Shown here: positions 13,597 to 26,059 of the stretch, piece after piece
Position numbering within the stretch: the stretch's first letter is position 1
How the letters are laid out: each line of letters starts with the position of its first letter
NCBI GenBank assembly: GCA_002104905.1
Contig: MCFE01000061.1
Location: 129,233 to 193,232, forward strand
DNA: 64,000 nucleotides
Source of the DNA: Basidiobolus meristosporus CBS 931.73
Lineage: Eukaryota > Fungi > Basidiobolomycota
Direction: 5' to 3'
Made by a program: the position numbers and the translations under genes
The notes under the pieces: generated by a model
Seen by the model: only the letters and a program-made list of their open reading frames with translations
Databases searched by the model: none
What the model was told of the DNA's origin: nothing

Positions 13597-15533
13597 CTGT
13601 TTGAGAGTGATGCGAGAGTTGAGAGAGATAGAGTCGGGGAACTTGAGTCCTTACGTGTGAACGGGAATGATTTAAAGGATGCAAAATAACAGGCCTAAAG
13701 ATACTCGGTGTAACTCAAGACACAACGAATCGTTTGCATTTATATACATGGGATGACATGAAATAGGAAGATATGCATGCCCAATTGCAAGCTCAACCTG
13801 ATTAGAAGCCCTAATGGCAGTGAATCAACGTCACCGCAATGGACAAATCGAGTTGATAACATCACTAGTTACCACTATCATTGGACAAATCAGGCTCATT
13901 GGACAAGAAGGCCCTTTTGAGTCAATAATAGAATAATCGCTATTTCCATATAAATCACGTTCGTAAAATCATTGAAGCAAGTTGAAATTCAGGATACGCA
14001 AGAATACGAGGGCTATACATATATACGGGCTATGTTATTTCAGTGTGACATCAATGAGTTCACTGATAACCAAATAAGTGAGACCAATGGAGTTTGATGC
14101 ATGGTCAGGTAATTACGACGATTTACGGGAAAAGGGCAGCGAACTCTGCATAGATAATATCAACTTTTACACCACCGTCTTGTAGAATGTTCGTCCCACA
14201 TTACTTACTCCGCCCTTGGGTCCAGCGGTTGGTCTTCGATCATCAGCAAGGCTGCAGGTCACTCGACAACCACCCTTTGTCTATCTTTGGCCTGAATGTG
14301 TAATTAATTGGAACGTTGTCCACTTTAGTGATCTGGAGCATTGGGCGAGCCTCTGTTGAGGTCGATATTATATTATATTATATTGGCGTTTATCAATAGT
14401 ATATTTATACTCTCCCATCGATAATCACTGACTATATGATGAATGGAAGGGTGATTAGTAAACTGGATAACTAGAGTCTAATGCAGAATCCGAATAAAGT
14501 CGCCCCAATTTACACCAGGGAATAAGCAACAAATATATTGGGAACCGAATGGCCACATGTAGCCCATTGGTCGTATTCATGTCGATGAACTGACATAAAG
14601 AAAACATTCGCTTGGCATTGAGTTGAAGTGTAGACTCGAATTCACATGTGTACACCAATGATCATCTGTGGAGATCCATTGATTCGCTTAGCAGTCCGAT
14701 CTACATACTCTTGGCGTCGCCTGCGGATTACTTGAAACAACGCTCTTGGTGAATGCAGTAATCATTAGCAATTGTAGCGAAGGGTTGGCTTAAGGAATTC
14801 GGTTGACTGACCTGTGCCTTGGTATCACCCCATTACAAGCCAAGATTTCCACCTAGCCTACTGAGGCCAACCCTTTCCCGCTTCCCGCTTCCCTGAACCC
14901 TAAACCTAAAATCTCATTCTTGGCACTGCTTGTACGAGGGTGGGTGGATAATCGGAAAATAGGCAACAGGCTCTAATCATACCGTGCTCACCTGATGTCC
15001 AATTACGGGGCCTCCTGCGGATTGGAAAACTGCTCAGATCAACGGTTATATTCAACCTCCCCAGACAAACAAACAAACTTCATAAAGCTAATTGGATCAA
15101 CTACTAACGGCAACATTGCACTAAATCGCATTGTATATTGTTAATTGGTAGGAGGGCGAATAATGCAAATATTGAATCGCTTGTGCTACATGTCTGATTA
15201 ATCCAGTACAAATACTCCTATTCTCTGGCCAAGTACTCATTAAACCATTAGATTCCAATCTCCACTCCTGGAAATACTTTTATACCGCCGCGAGCCTCTT
15301 AGTTCTTCGAACCTCCACTTCCGTAAATCCGCATTGAACGCGTCGTTTCATCCCTTTTCCTTCTTTGCAATCCCTTAATTTGCCTTCTATAAAGGTACTT
15401 CTTCTCGGCCACCCCACACTACATTCAGTGCATTAACTGGCGGCTCTCATCTTCTGGCATTATATATTTTGTTTTCTAAGAGATTGCCCTTCTGTTGCTG
15501 CCATAGCCTGCTGATTCTTTTTGCTCCAGCATC

Positions 15534-16418
15534 ATGAAGCACGAGAAATCCGCCAAGAAAATCCTCAATTCCGAGGTGGCCCGACTCCTGTATTCTGGAG
15601 TGTTTTTGGTGGTTGTTGCCTACTTTATGACAATATTCCAACAGCTGTCAGACAAGCGATGGCTAGATAGCGATACCAAGAATCCTCTTAAAGATCTGGG
15701 ATTCGAAGCCTTTCCCTATCTCTCTACCTTCTCAGTCGCGGATGCATTGGTGTTGTCATTGCTCGGGATTACACTTGTTGGATTGACCATTGCCTCCTAC
15801 AGGCTTCCAAAGATCATAATATTTTGGCGCCGACTCTTCTGGTTGACTGGAATACTCTATTTGTATCGCTCCTTCACCATTATCACCACCACACTGCCAC
15901 CCACGAAGGAATGTACACCTATTGTGGCTAACTCATTTCGCGAGATGATGGTCGTCGGAACCAAAATGATTGTCGGTGTAGACAAGGCCTGTACAGATAA
16001 TATCTATTCGGGGCATACAATGATTCTTACATCTTGTGTAATCATGTGGAATGTATACACCAGGGTCAAATGGTTCAAGATATATGCCGTACTCCACGCA
16101 CTTGCCGGCATCTACGCGATCATTGCCTCTCGCCTGCATTTCACCGTGGACGTTCTTCTTTCTTTGTTCATCACATACGGGGTGTACAGCATCTATTTCA
16201 GTCTAGTTCGATCCGCTACACTTGAGAGATACCAAGGGGCCATTGGGTTCGTGGAGAGTGAGCGTGACGATCACTATCAAAGTATTGCTCATACACCGCA
16301 CATTCTGAACCGCCATCTGGCATGTGTAGTTGGTTGGATGGATGGCCTTGACCTAAGATGTGAGAAGAGAGCTAACGAGATGACCTTGCCAACAACAACG
16401 GATATGCTACAGATTTGA
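15534..16418 (+). CDS. Sphingomyelin synthase-like / PAP2_C membrane phosphotransferase
   Basis: Multiple TM helices; RSFTIITTTLP, CTDNIYSGHT and HFTVDV correspond to the SMS-family CGDxxxSGHT and HYxxDV catalytic motifs. Confidence 0.85.
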   Translation: MKHEKSAKKILNSEVARLLYSGVFLVVVAYFMTIFQQLSDKRWLDSDTKNPLKDLGFEAFPYLSTFSVADALVLSLLGITLVGLTIASYRLPKIIIFWRRLFWLTGILYLYRSFTIITTTLPPTKECTPIVANSFREMMVVGTKMIVGVDKACTDNIYSGHTMILTSCVIMWNVYTRVKWFKIYAVLHALAGIYAIIASRLHFTVDVLLSLFITYGVYSIYFSLVRSATLERYQGAIGFVESERDDHYQSIAHTPHILNRHLACVVGWMDGLDLRCEKRANEMTLPTTTDMLQI

Positions 16419-17507
16419 AACACCCGGACACGCCTTCGTGTACTAATAGATGAAACCCCATCACCAAGCATCGATAGTTAATTACGTGTAGGATGCTGAT
16501 GACTTGGTCATTTTTCCTGGTTTTCTAACAAATACCTCCAATAAATGCATCGTGGAATGCTCATTCCCTAATAACCTTTGTGCCCATAGGCGTGACCCTT
16601 TCATGACGGCGCCAAGTAGGCCACGATCACAATACTCGACCTGCGTTGGTTCAAATTGGTGTGACGTCGACCAGTCCGGGCCATTCCGTTGGTGTATACG
16701 CTAAATGCATCGATGTTTCCACCTGTAGGGAGGCTTTGGGCATTAGTTAGTGGACAGATTTACAGAATATCCTGTTTAACCGCGGAAAGGCCACTCATGA
16801 AGTTCTTTCAACTATTCGGAGAAGTTGGAGGATTTCACACATTTGGTGAATATACAAAACGAGACTCGTATTGTGGATTTGGGAGATTTACCAGATATAG
16901 ATTGTGGTGCAAGGCCCGAAATTCCATGTACCTACTCACCAGTACGCAACTTGTTTATTATCAATAAAAAAGGTTTCAAAACCCCGTATCATGTGTTGAT
17001 TCCATTCCATAAATATGTCATCGTTTACCATATGAACTGTCGGTCCTTTGAAACATTGTATACAGTCTCACATCCAATGTTTTCGTTCTTGGAGATGATA
17101 CGTGTTAGTTACACTATCGTTGTCATACGTAGATAACGCCATACTCCCTGGTTTCGAATTTCGGTAGCGGTATGGGGTAAGAAAGGCTACACATGTACAA
17201 AATGCCGTCGTACAGAATGATATGCAGTAGCTTGGGGGTACCAGTAAGGGACAAAAAACCTTATTTCCTTGCGGAACCATCGCTCCGACTACTGTTGCAA
17301 GTAGCGAAGTGGACATCATTGTATACCATTTTATTCATTTATACGTATATGGACCATCTTCAAGGGATCGGTACCGTGCTGAAAATGCACCAACAACCAG
17401 CAGACACCTTGAAGTTGGTTGTTCATCTACAATCCATGTGCCATTCTATATAAGTCTTTGCAGTTAATTATATTCTTGGGCGACTTGTGGTTGGAGAGTA
17501 GGAAGAT

Positions 17508-20215
17508 CTACTCTGGTGATTGTTTATTAAAAAATGTCATTAGATTAGGTGTCTTGGTCCCGCTGGCTACATGGTGCTTTTTTTTTCGTTTGTTTGAGGT
17601 AGGGGATTTTGATTTGTCATTTTCGTACCCTTTGGTTGGGGTTGGGCTTGGGCTTGAAAATCCAACTACAGTGGTGTGATCCTCGCCAAGTAATGGCGAA
17701 TTCAAACAAAGATCGATATGCTGATTTAGTTCGTCATTCTGGGCCGCATCAAGGCTTTTCCCACACACTGGACATTCTATACTCTCACTAGAGCTTGAGC
17801 TACTATTATCGGTTCGAGCGATTGGTGTTTGTTGTATCGGAAGCTCATTCAAATCATTGGCTGAATTCTGCTTGGGGCTCGGATGTCGATCGTGTAAAGC
17901 GGCGGAAGAAATCCCCTTGTTTGGGCTAATAAAATACTAAACGAACAGATCAGACCAAGCTTCAAAAACCAAAAAATACGCAAATCATACAGAAGTTATT
18001 GATTTCGACGAACTCGTATTATGACGGTGGCGTAAATTGGACATTCGCAAGCCCATCAGTCGAAGGCTAACCGGAAATACCATTTCGAGGATCTGTTAGG
18101 GGCAACAAATATGGACGGCTGAGAGCATGATCTGTGCTTAATGCTTTAGCAATAAAATTTACTTTTAGGCCTTCTCTGTATAGATCTTCCTTTGAACAAA
18201 TGTAGGTTGAAAGGGTTTTCGCACGAGTTACTACTTCAAAGTTTACGGTTTTGATCTTCAAAGTTACAGTCTTTCCCTATGGTGCCTAAGTTAGTTTCGT
18301 ACTACCCGTGACTAAAAATTGTACTAACCATACCTCAATATTCTCGTCTTCCATATCTTGTGCTAGATTAGTCGCTAGCTCATCGAGCTTACTTTGAAGT
18401 TTCGGGAGCGTATTAATTTCACGGAATGTTCTTTCAACGCTAATGCTCTTTCTTGTATGTTCTCTAGAATTTGTGGTTAGTTCCAGGTACTGTCTGGGCA
18501 TATATGATGTCGGATGCTTACGCTGAGACGTTCACCGATCCGATCCCTAAAGAGACACGGAGCAGAAACTCGAACGATGTTGACGAAAAGAGCTTGAAAA
18601 TTGTTGTTTGTTTCTCGTACTACCTTCCAAACGTCAATATAGCGATCGGGAAGTAAGAGAAAAAAATTCCATACAATATCTTTGCAAGTATGGATACCAA
18701 GAGCATTCAGCACTTTCTCGGTAACTTTGCCAATTCCTCCAACTTTCCGGATAGATAGATCTTTAACAAAATCCAGGCATGCCTCTTCGGTGTGCTCTAT
18801 TACGAATTGTCCGTTTGGCTTATTAATGTCTGAGCATATCTTAGCTAACATTGTGTTTGGTGCAATGCCAGCCGAGGCAGTCAAAGAAGTGGTCCTAAAT
18901 CATCCAGCAAATACCATTAACATCCAGCAGTTTACGGCTCCCATTAATTGTGTTGGCTTACTCGAAAATTCTCTTTCGTATTTCTTCGACAATACAATAT
19001 GCTGTTTGATCAGGATGTTGGTGCATATACTTGGTAATATTTAAGTAGGCCTCATCTAAACTCATAGGGCTACGTTCAAGACATTTAGGCGGAATAAATG
19101 TCAAAGTTCGAAGAATAGCTGATGAAGAGTAAGTTACCAGAAGTTGGGATCATACTCCTACACTAGAAATTAAACATCAGCAGTCCCACAAAGTAGATGA
19201 TTGAAGCTTACCGAAAAGATTTCTCGCACCTGAGCACTAACGGCTCTATACTTGTCGAAGTGTGTCGGAAGTATTATAAGGTCTGGGCAAAGTTTCTATA
19301 GGCTCGCGAATTAGTAACATGCACTGGGTAAGTGTGGTCTACTTCCGGATACCTTCGCAATATATCCTGGCATAGCAGATCGAACACCATATTTTCTTTT
19401 TCATTCTGGTTACCACAAACTCCCAAAAAAAAGCTATTGGTTCAAGTATACCTGGCCTCGTACGAAGCTGTACTAAGCATTTGATCGCCACCTATGGCTA
19501 TTGGCTTACCCACCAAGTGAGGATTATCTAAAGGAAGTGTGATGAATATTAGGGGCTCTATAACGGTTTACGCGAGCATAAAAGCTGATAGTAACCTCGT
19601 AATTCTACTGCCGCATAGAAAGCTATTTGAAGTTCAGTTTACTGTTGTCATAGAGTAAGCTGAGAATAGAAGTTTGTACCATCCATATCAACGTGCACAA
19701 TTGCCTGGGTCAAATCACGTCGAGTTTCAATTTCAGCAACCTTTTTCTTTACCAGAGCGATAACGTCTGGTTGGTTAATTTGGCCTTTTATCTGCTCATA
19801 ACGTTTCAACAGTTCGTTGATTCGACTCTGGGTTTTCTCCTCTTTTCGCTCTTCATTCTGAAAGAACCTGGAATTCTTCGGGCGGATTGTAAAGTAAAAC
19901 TTGTGAGTAGAAGTGATCTAAACCGTACAAAGGCTCAAAAGAGTCAACTTTAGATGTGTCGTATATGATCTGGTTGATTTTCTCTTTGTCAACTCCGGAT
20001 AAGCCTGCTTTATGTTCGTTTAAAGCAATTCTAGATATGATGGCTTCCGAGTAATTTTTCCCACTGCTAGTAGGTATGTTGGCAACTTCGACAGAAGAAG
20101 TCACACATTCATCCAAGGCAGAGAGCACCTCGTCATCATAAAAGTTATCTTCAACCTCGGAGTCGCTAACAAAATTAGAAAAATCCATGTCTGTCCAGAC
20201 TCTGCCTTTACTCAT
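17508..20215 (-). CDS. POLK: DNA polymerase kappa (DinB, Y-family), multi-exon
   Basis: [72 protein letters not shown], and a C-terminal UBZ finger [16 protein letters not shown]. Confidence 0.93.
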
Positions 20216-20968
20216 TAAAACCCATATACCTTCTACTGTGCAATCAGCAAAAAGTAAATAAACATTTATAGCGGAGAGTCTAAAACCAAATATTTGTATG
20301 ATTGCTGCGGTAAGGAGCATCTTGGATTGAATGGGGATTCCTGTGGTTGATTTTCGGTATCTAAAGCCAACAACATGATTGCGGTACAATCCACAGCTGA
20401 GTTTAACACGCTATATGACTGATTTAATCATTCGGAAAAGTTTACACCCAAATTTTAATAAAGAAGTGAATAAAGTATTAAGGAATTCGTCCGTTTTAAT
20501 ATTGTAATGTTAGCACATAAGAGATGTAGAGGAGAAATGACTTGATGGAGTAGTTTCAAACATTGATATTACGTTACTGCTCAATATCAAGCATTCTCCA
20601 CGCGATTCCATCGAGCTAGGTTAAATTGGTGGTATTTGCAGAAAATAGAGTTGAACGCTTCGGATGTAAACAGTGTAAACAACAGATATCTCAAATACAA
20701 AATACACCTTCCAGTAGATTAGCTGGTTTGTGAGAAAATATAAGCACGAACATATCTACTCGTAAAAGGTAACGAAACTTAAATCGTACTTGTACACATA
20801 TTTACAGGGACGTGAGAGGCGGAGAAAGGACTAAATCATAGATGGATGCCTCAGGAAAAGACATCTTGTTGGATCTTTGGAGTTGAATGATCGTCGCTGT
20901 GGGAATTAGAATCATCCCAGAAAGTATGGAATTTCCTCTCCAATACAAATAGCTAAGCGTCAACCAAG

Positions 20969-22272
20969 CTACATCTCTTCCAAGGATTCCTCAACATCAA
21001 CCACCAAGGCAACTAGTACGCTGATGTCATCGATTTTACCACCTTGGTAGTAAAAACCTTCTTGCATAGCTCTATCCTGGAATGGGCTAGGGAAGGTTGA
21101 ATCTTCACTGACAATTTTGGCCTGTCTTGCAAGCGCATCGCTAACTTTTTGTGGGTTGATGTTCATGAGCGAACCTGAGGTACTGCGCAGCACGATATCC
21201 AGTATATCCTCATCTGAAAGATTATCATAGATCCCATCGCTTCCCAGTATCACAATATCTCCTTTTTCAACCTTAACTGTAAATGCTTGTGCATCGGATG
21301 GCTTATCCAAGGAGCCAGTTCCTAACTGATAAGGGTAATTGAAGCAGTGCTGCTGTTCCTCTGTACGAAAAACGAAATCTCCTTGACGAATTACGGAAAC
21401 GCCGCAATCACCCAGGTTCGCAATTCGCAGTTCGTCGTCTCGAAGCACTACAATACATGCCGTACTAGAGCCAAGAATTCCCTGGATGATTATAATGGTT
21501 AGGTACGTGATCAACAACGAAGTACCACGAAAACACTACCAACCTCTTTGGCTACGTCCCTGTTTAGCAACTCGTAACTCCTTTCAAGTATCTTGGTTGG
21601 GCTAACGTCGTAGTAGTCGTAGAAAAGCCCATCCTCAATACCATCATATTTTTCAAGTTCTAAACATGCATAGTGCATCAATTTGCGAGAAAAAAGTGCT
21701 GGGTTTGCTCCTGATGGAGAAGACGCATATTAGTCGAATTCCACGTTGCAATAATCCGGAGAACTCTAACCTTTTTTCCCTTTCCAACCTCCTACTCCGT
21801 CGGCAACACCCATGGCGTCATGTCTTCTGAAATATGAATCTTCTCCACATCCTATGCTGTAATAGGGCAGATCATCGGCTATAGAGACGGCGGGGTTTTT
21901 TGGGATTCCTGAAGCACCGTGGGTAAAAGTGTAAAGCTGTCTATTCACTGGAGCAGACTTATCGCAAAGACTATACAGAGCTTCTTTGCTATCCGCCCAA
22001 GGTTCGGTATGATCAAGAGGGAAGTTTCGAGAAATGGAATGTGGAGGTAAGCCACGATCTTCTGTTATTTCATATGCCTGAGGATAGTGGCGCAAACGAG
22101 GAGCAATGGAGAAGACAGAGGCCCGGGACATGGTGGGAGGAATTCTTGGCAAAGGAGCGTGTGAAGAATTTACCACTCGAGATATTCTGAGGGAAGCCCC
22201 ATTGCTAGAAATGATCCCAAGGTTGCGGGCCTGATGTTTGACGATGCTGGTTAGTTTGACGGTGCTAGCCAT
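20969..22272 (-). CDS. PTC7: PP2C-family phosphatase, PTC7-like
   Basis: GEDSYF..MGVADGVGGW, GSSTACIVVL..ANLGDCG, EEQQHCFNYPYQLG, LGSDGIYDN, GGKIDDISV; arginine-rich N-terminus compatible with mitochondrial targeting. Confidence 0.85.
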
Positions 22273-23705
22273 GGCCCAAGTGGGTTTTTCAAGGAAGTTC
22301 CAAGGACAAAAGGAAATAGTTTACGAAGACTGCTTCAAGCTCGTACTATAGTTCGCCGAAATATTATTTAGTCGCAGTTCCGATGGAAAATAGATTGTTC
22401 CAAGTGAGAAAAGATTAGAAAAGGTAGAGGTAAAAGAGTGATATCAGAAACCATAAGCGCCTAGTTTATGTCCTCTGACAATTTATTAAACTAAAATAAA
22501 AGGAATGGAAAAAGGCATTGGATAAAAATGGCCATGACCAGCGTAAAGACGGATAAATACGGGTGATGGGCATCTTGAAGTCACTGGACTGTGAGTTCGC
22601 ACATTGCGGATGAAACACAAAGATCAAGCTAATTCTAACGAATGCACTATATCGATATGCATGGTGGGTGTGCATTCTGTGGAAATCTGCTGAACGACAA
22701 ATCGAGTGCAATATTCTCTCATTCACTTTCTTTTTTTATAAACCACTATGTCAGCTGAGACCCGTAGGAAGCATGATTGGACTTTAGCGTGCTCACTAGA
22801 TTATCTCCAACTATATCTTAGCTGTATTGATTCCATCATATCAGCAACTAAAACCTGAAAATCAAGATACATCAAATCACTTGAAAGGTCAGCTGACCGG
22901 CCACTATTATCACAACTACCAGTCACCCACCATCCTTTGATCAGGTTGATTCATCTCAAGATAGATCTTTAATACTGAATTTAATTAGCGCCTGCTTGTT
23001 TCTGATCAAATGATAGGAAAGCCGAGTCATGTAGCTACCTGGATTTCTTGTTGAAATGATGGACTGAGCTACTCATTGTTACGGTACCCAAAACCCGAAA
23101 GAGATCTGGATTCCGTTAGTAACTGCTCAATTGTAGTCGTCGTATTGGTAATTAATCGAGTCGTGGAACTCGCTCTTCACAAATCATTGCCTTTGTGGAA
23201 TTCAAGAATTCGCACACTCCCTCATCGAATGAGTGATGTAGAAAGGTGTCAGTAGAATGATTCTTTTTGATCCACAAATAGAATGGCATGGCATAAGCGC
23301 AAGGCTTCTGAAGGGCTTTGGTGTTGAATTGTCGGTGCCCAAATTAGTCAAAGTGAGGTTCTGAAAATGAGATCCAAGCATGCGCCTGGATATTAGCACT
23401 ATGTATGGTACCCACTGTGGCTGGCGCTAAATGCTGGTTTCGGAGTATTATGGTGCCGCATGATGGTTGGTGGAAAAGACTGCTATCTTATTGCGTGCTA
23501 TGACTACCCATGGTTTTATTATAAGCTGTGGGTTGAGATACCTATGCCACAGATGGCAAGATGAGCTAACTTGGTTAGACTTTGTGAATTAGGTATCCTA
23601 TAGAACATACTCTAGATGAAGCTAATCCTGAACATCATGGCTAGAGCATTAATTCTTGGTCAGCACGCTGGTGCAAGCCCTCGATCGGCCTACCGCCGGC
23701 CATAG

Positions 23706-26059
23706 CTAAGCGATCTGGGCACAGTTTGTGGGTGCCTCCAGCTCTTTGCCAAATTGATTCAGGGCCCATAGAGCCACACCATTGGTCCAGCCAAAGCCGT
23801 CTTGGACAGTATACTCACCACCACCCCCAGGACGACCTGGTCTGGTTGCGTCGTACTTCTCAAACAACTTCCCACTGTCTGTAGTGTTTGGGAGTTTTGC
23901 CAATACCCCTGGGATCTCTCCACCAGTAAGTCGCCAGCCGCAGTACGTAGAATTAATGAAAACCTGTGCAATCGCAACGGCTAGCTTGTGGAGTCTTTCG
24001 CGGATTTGCTTGAACGGGACTCGGTGCTCCACTTCGGTGATGGCCTTCATGGCCACAAACACTAGCGGCGGCTATTCACGCATTCAGTTAGACACTTGGC
24101 CAGTCATGTAGAAATGGGGAAGGTGTACCCAAGAGTTCGGAAAATCCCATTGTAAGGTACTGGCTGTCATTGTGATCGGAATTCCTCCTGGATATTCTTC
24201 CGCATAATCCTCAACCGCATCAAATGACTTCATGATGTCCGCTGGTCTCTTGAAGAAATCGTCAGGGAATATTCCTGACCTATATGGGCATATGTCTCAG
24301 TGCTGCATACAGAGAAGGACTAGAAAAAGTTTACCAGAATGGCCAGTAGTTGGCTGGGGTGAGGGTCTTCTCAATTGCATGGCTTGTGAGGTTGAAGTCG
24401 TAGAATACTCGATCCTTGTCATCCCAGAGAAGATCAACGATAGACCGACTACGTTTTTGGGCAGCTTCCTCGTAGAATGTATGCAATTTTGGCGTAGTAG
24501 TGTTTCTCTCCAGGATTCTATGAAAATCAGCCAAAATCTTTTCGTTCATGTGCATGATGGAGTTCAGGTCGACTGGTATGATCATTCGCGTGTTCAATGT
24601 ACGAAGTATCTCCTCTGGTGTCTCGTCTCCTTTTGGTATGAGCGTCACAAAGCGCGTACTATAATCCCAACCTAAGAGTGGAGCTGTGGTGAGCATCGAG
24701 TACATGACTCCATTGGGTTGGATCGGGCCTACCGGTTTCAGCACCAGTAGCAATATCTGCATACAGCTCTTGCTGCTTGGACACATTGAATCCAGAATAC
24801 TCTACAGTAATAATGTCCTCATGGTACGACTCTGGACGTGGATACCTATTGTTCACATTATACCTCATCAGCTCGTGGAGTTTACCTTGGCGATCCTGTA
24901 CTACCACAGTATGCCTTGCCCTCCAGTAATTATATTCCTTGTCCAAAGTAGGAAGAGCGCGTCTCAAAAGCTCGACATCCTTTGTTTTGTCCATGTAGAT
25001 TTTGACCATTTGTGTTAAAAGAGGAGGCTGGGAACGATTCAAATAGTACACACGTGCTCCGTTTGCTACGAAAACTGGGTCAGTAGGCGCTATTAGCCAA
25101 GTTCACTAAAAACCCTAGTTTACGCATAAATCCATATTCATCCACTATGTCCAGGAAGTTTAGAATCATATCCTTTGAGATTGTATTCAGGTCGCCAAGT
25201 AGCAAACCCTCCAGCACAAAATATGTATCCTACACATGGAAGTCAATATCAATGCCTCTGCTGTGTGCGTTAACTTCGGTGGCTATGAATTACCCTATGC
25301 ATTATCAATCAATCAGTTGGCCTCAATGCAACTATAGAGATTCAAGCATACCAATAGTAAATCTCCTTAAATCTTCCTCCTGGAATGATAAAAGGCCTAG
25401 GAACCCGGATCAAAGAGGTAGCACATCCCTCACAAGGGAGATCCTGAGCCATTCTACGAGTCAGAGTTTTCCAGAAGCCATGAATGAATGATGCAAACCC
25501 CTTGAGGTAGCGGTCCTTGATTTGTTGAAGGAACGGAGGATTAGGATTGAAGTCGGGAAGCTCGACCTTCAGTAAGTCATTCTCATTGTCTGTAAAGTAG
25601 TCAGCAACAAACTTCTTGAGGACTGATCGAGTGGCATTTCTTGGAAGCTTGAAAAATGCAGTCAGGATTTCGTTAATTGGACGCTTGGTGCCCTATCAAG
25701 ACGTTAAGATATGGTCAGGAGAAGATTCAATGACCAACTATTTTCGTAATCTCTACCCGATCAACAAATGTCTTGGAATCTTCAAAAAGCTTTGCTCGCT
25801 GAATTCTATCAAGAAAAGGGCCAGGACAATAAATAGGCGAGTCGCAGCTTTTGACTTCCACATCGTCATCCACATCGTCATCCGCATCGCCTCCCAATTG
25901 ATCCTCAGATACCGATGCTACTTCCGAAGGCTCTCCCATCGTTCCCGCTGCCATGGCCAGTTCCAGGGACTGTCTCCCCATCGCTTGGCCACGAGTAAAG
26001 ATGTGTTTCCTACTCATTAAGGCCATACCCAGTATGAAAACGAATCGCTCTAGTCTCAT
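23706..26059 (-). CDS. Trehalase (GH37), multi-exon, probably secreted or membrane-anchored
   Basis: [77 protein letters not shown]; hydrophobic N-terminus. Confidence 0.92.

Noticed and set aside
14896-14910. Telomere-like AACCCTAAACCTAAA upstream of the SMS-like gene
   Set aside because: Too short and imperfect; such motifs occur by chance or as promoter telo-boxes, and nothing else supports it.
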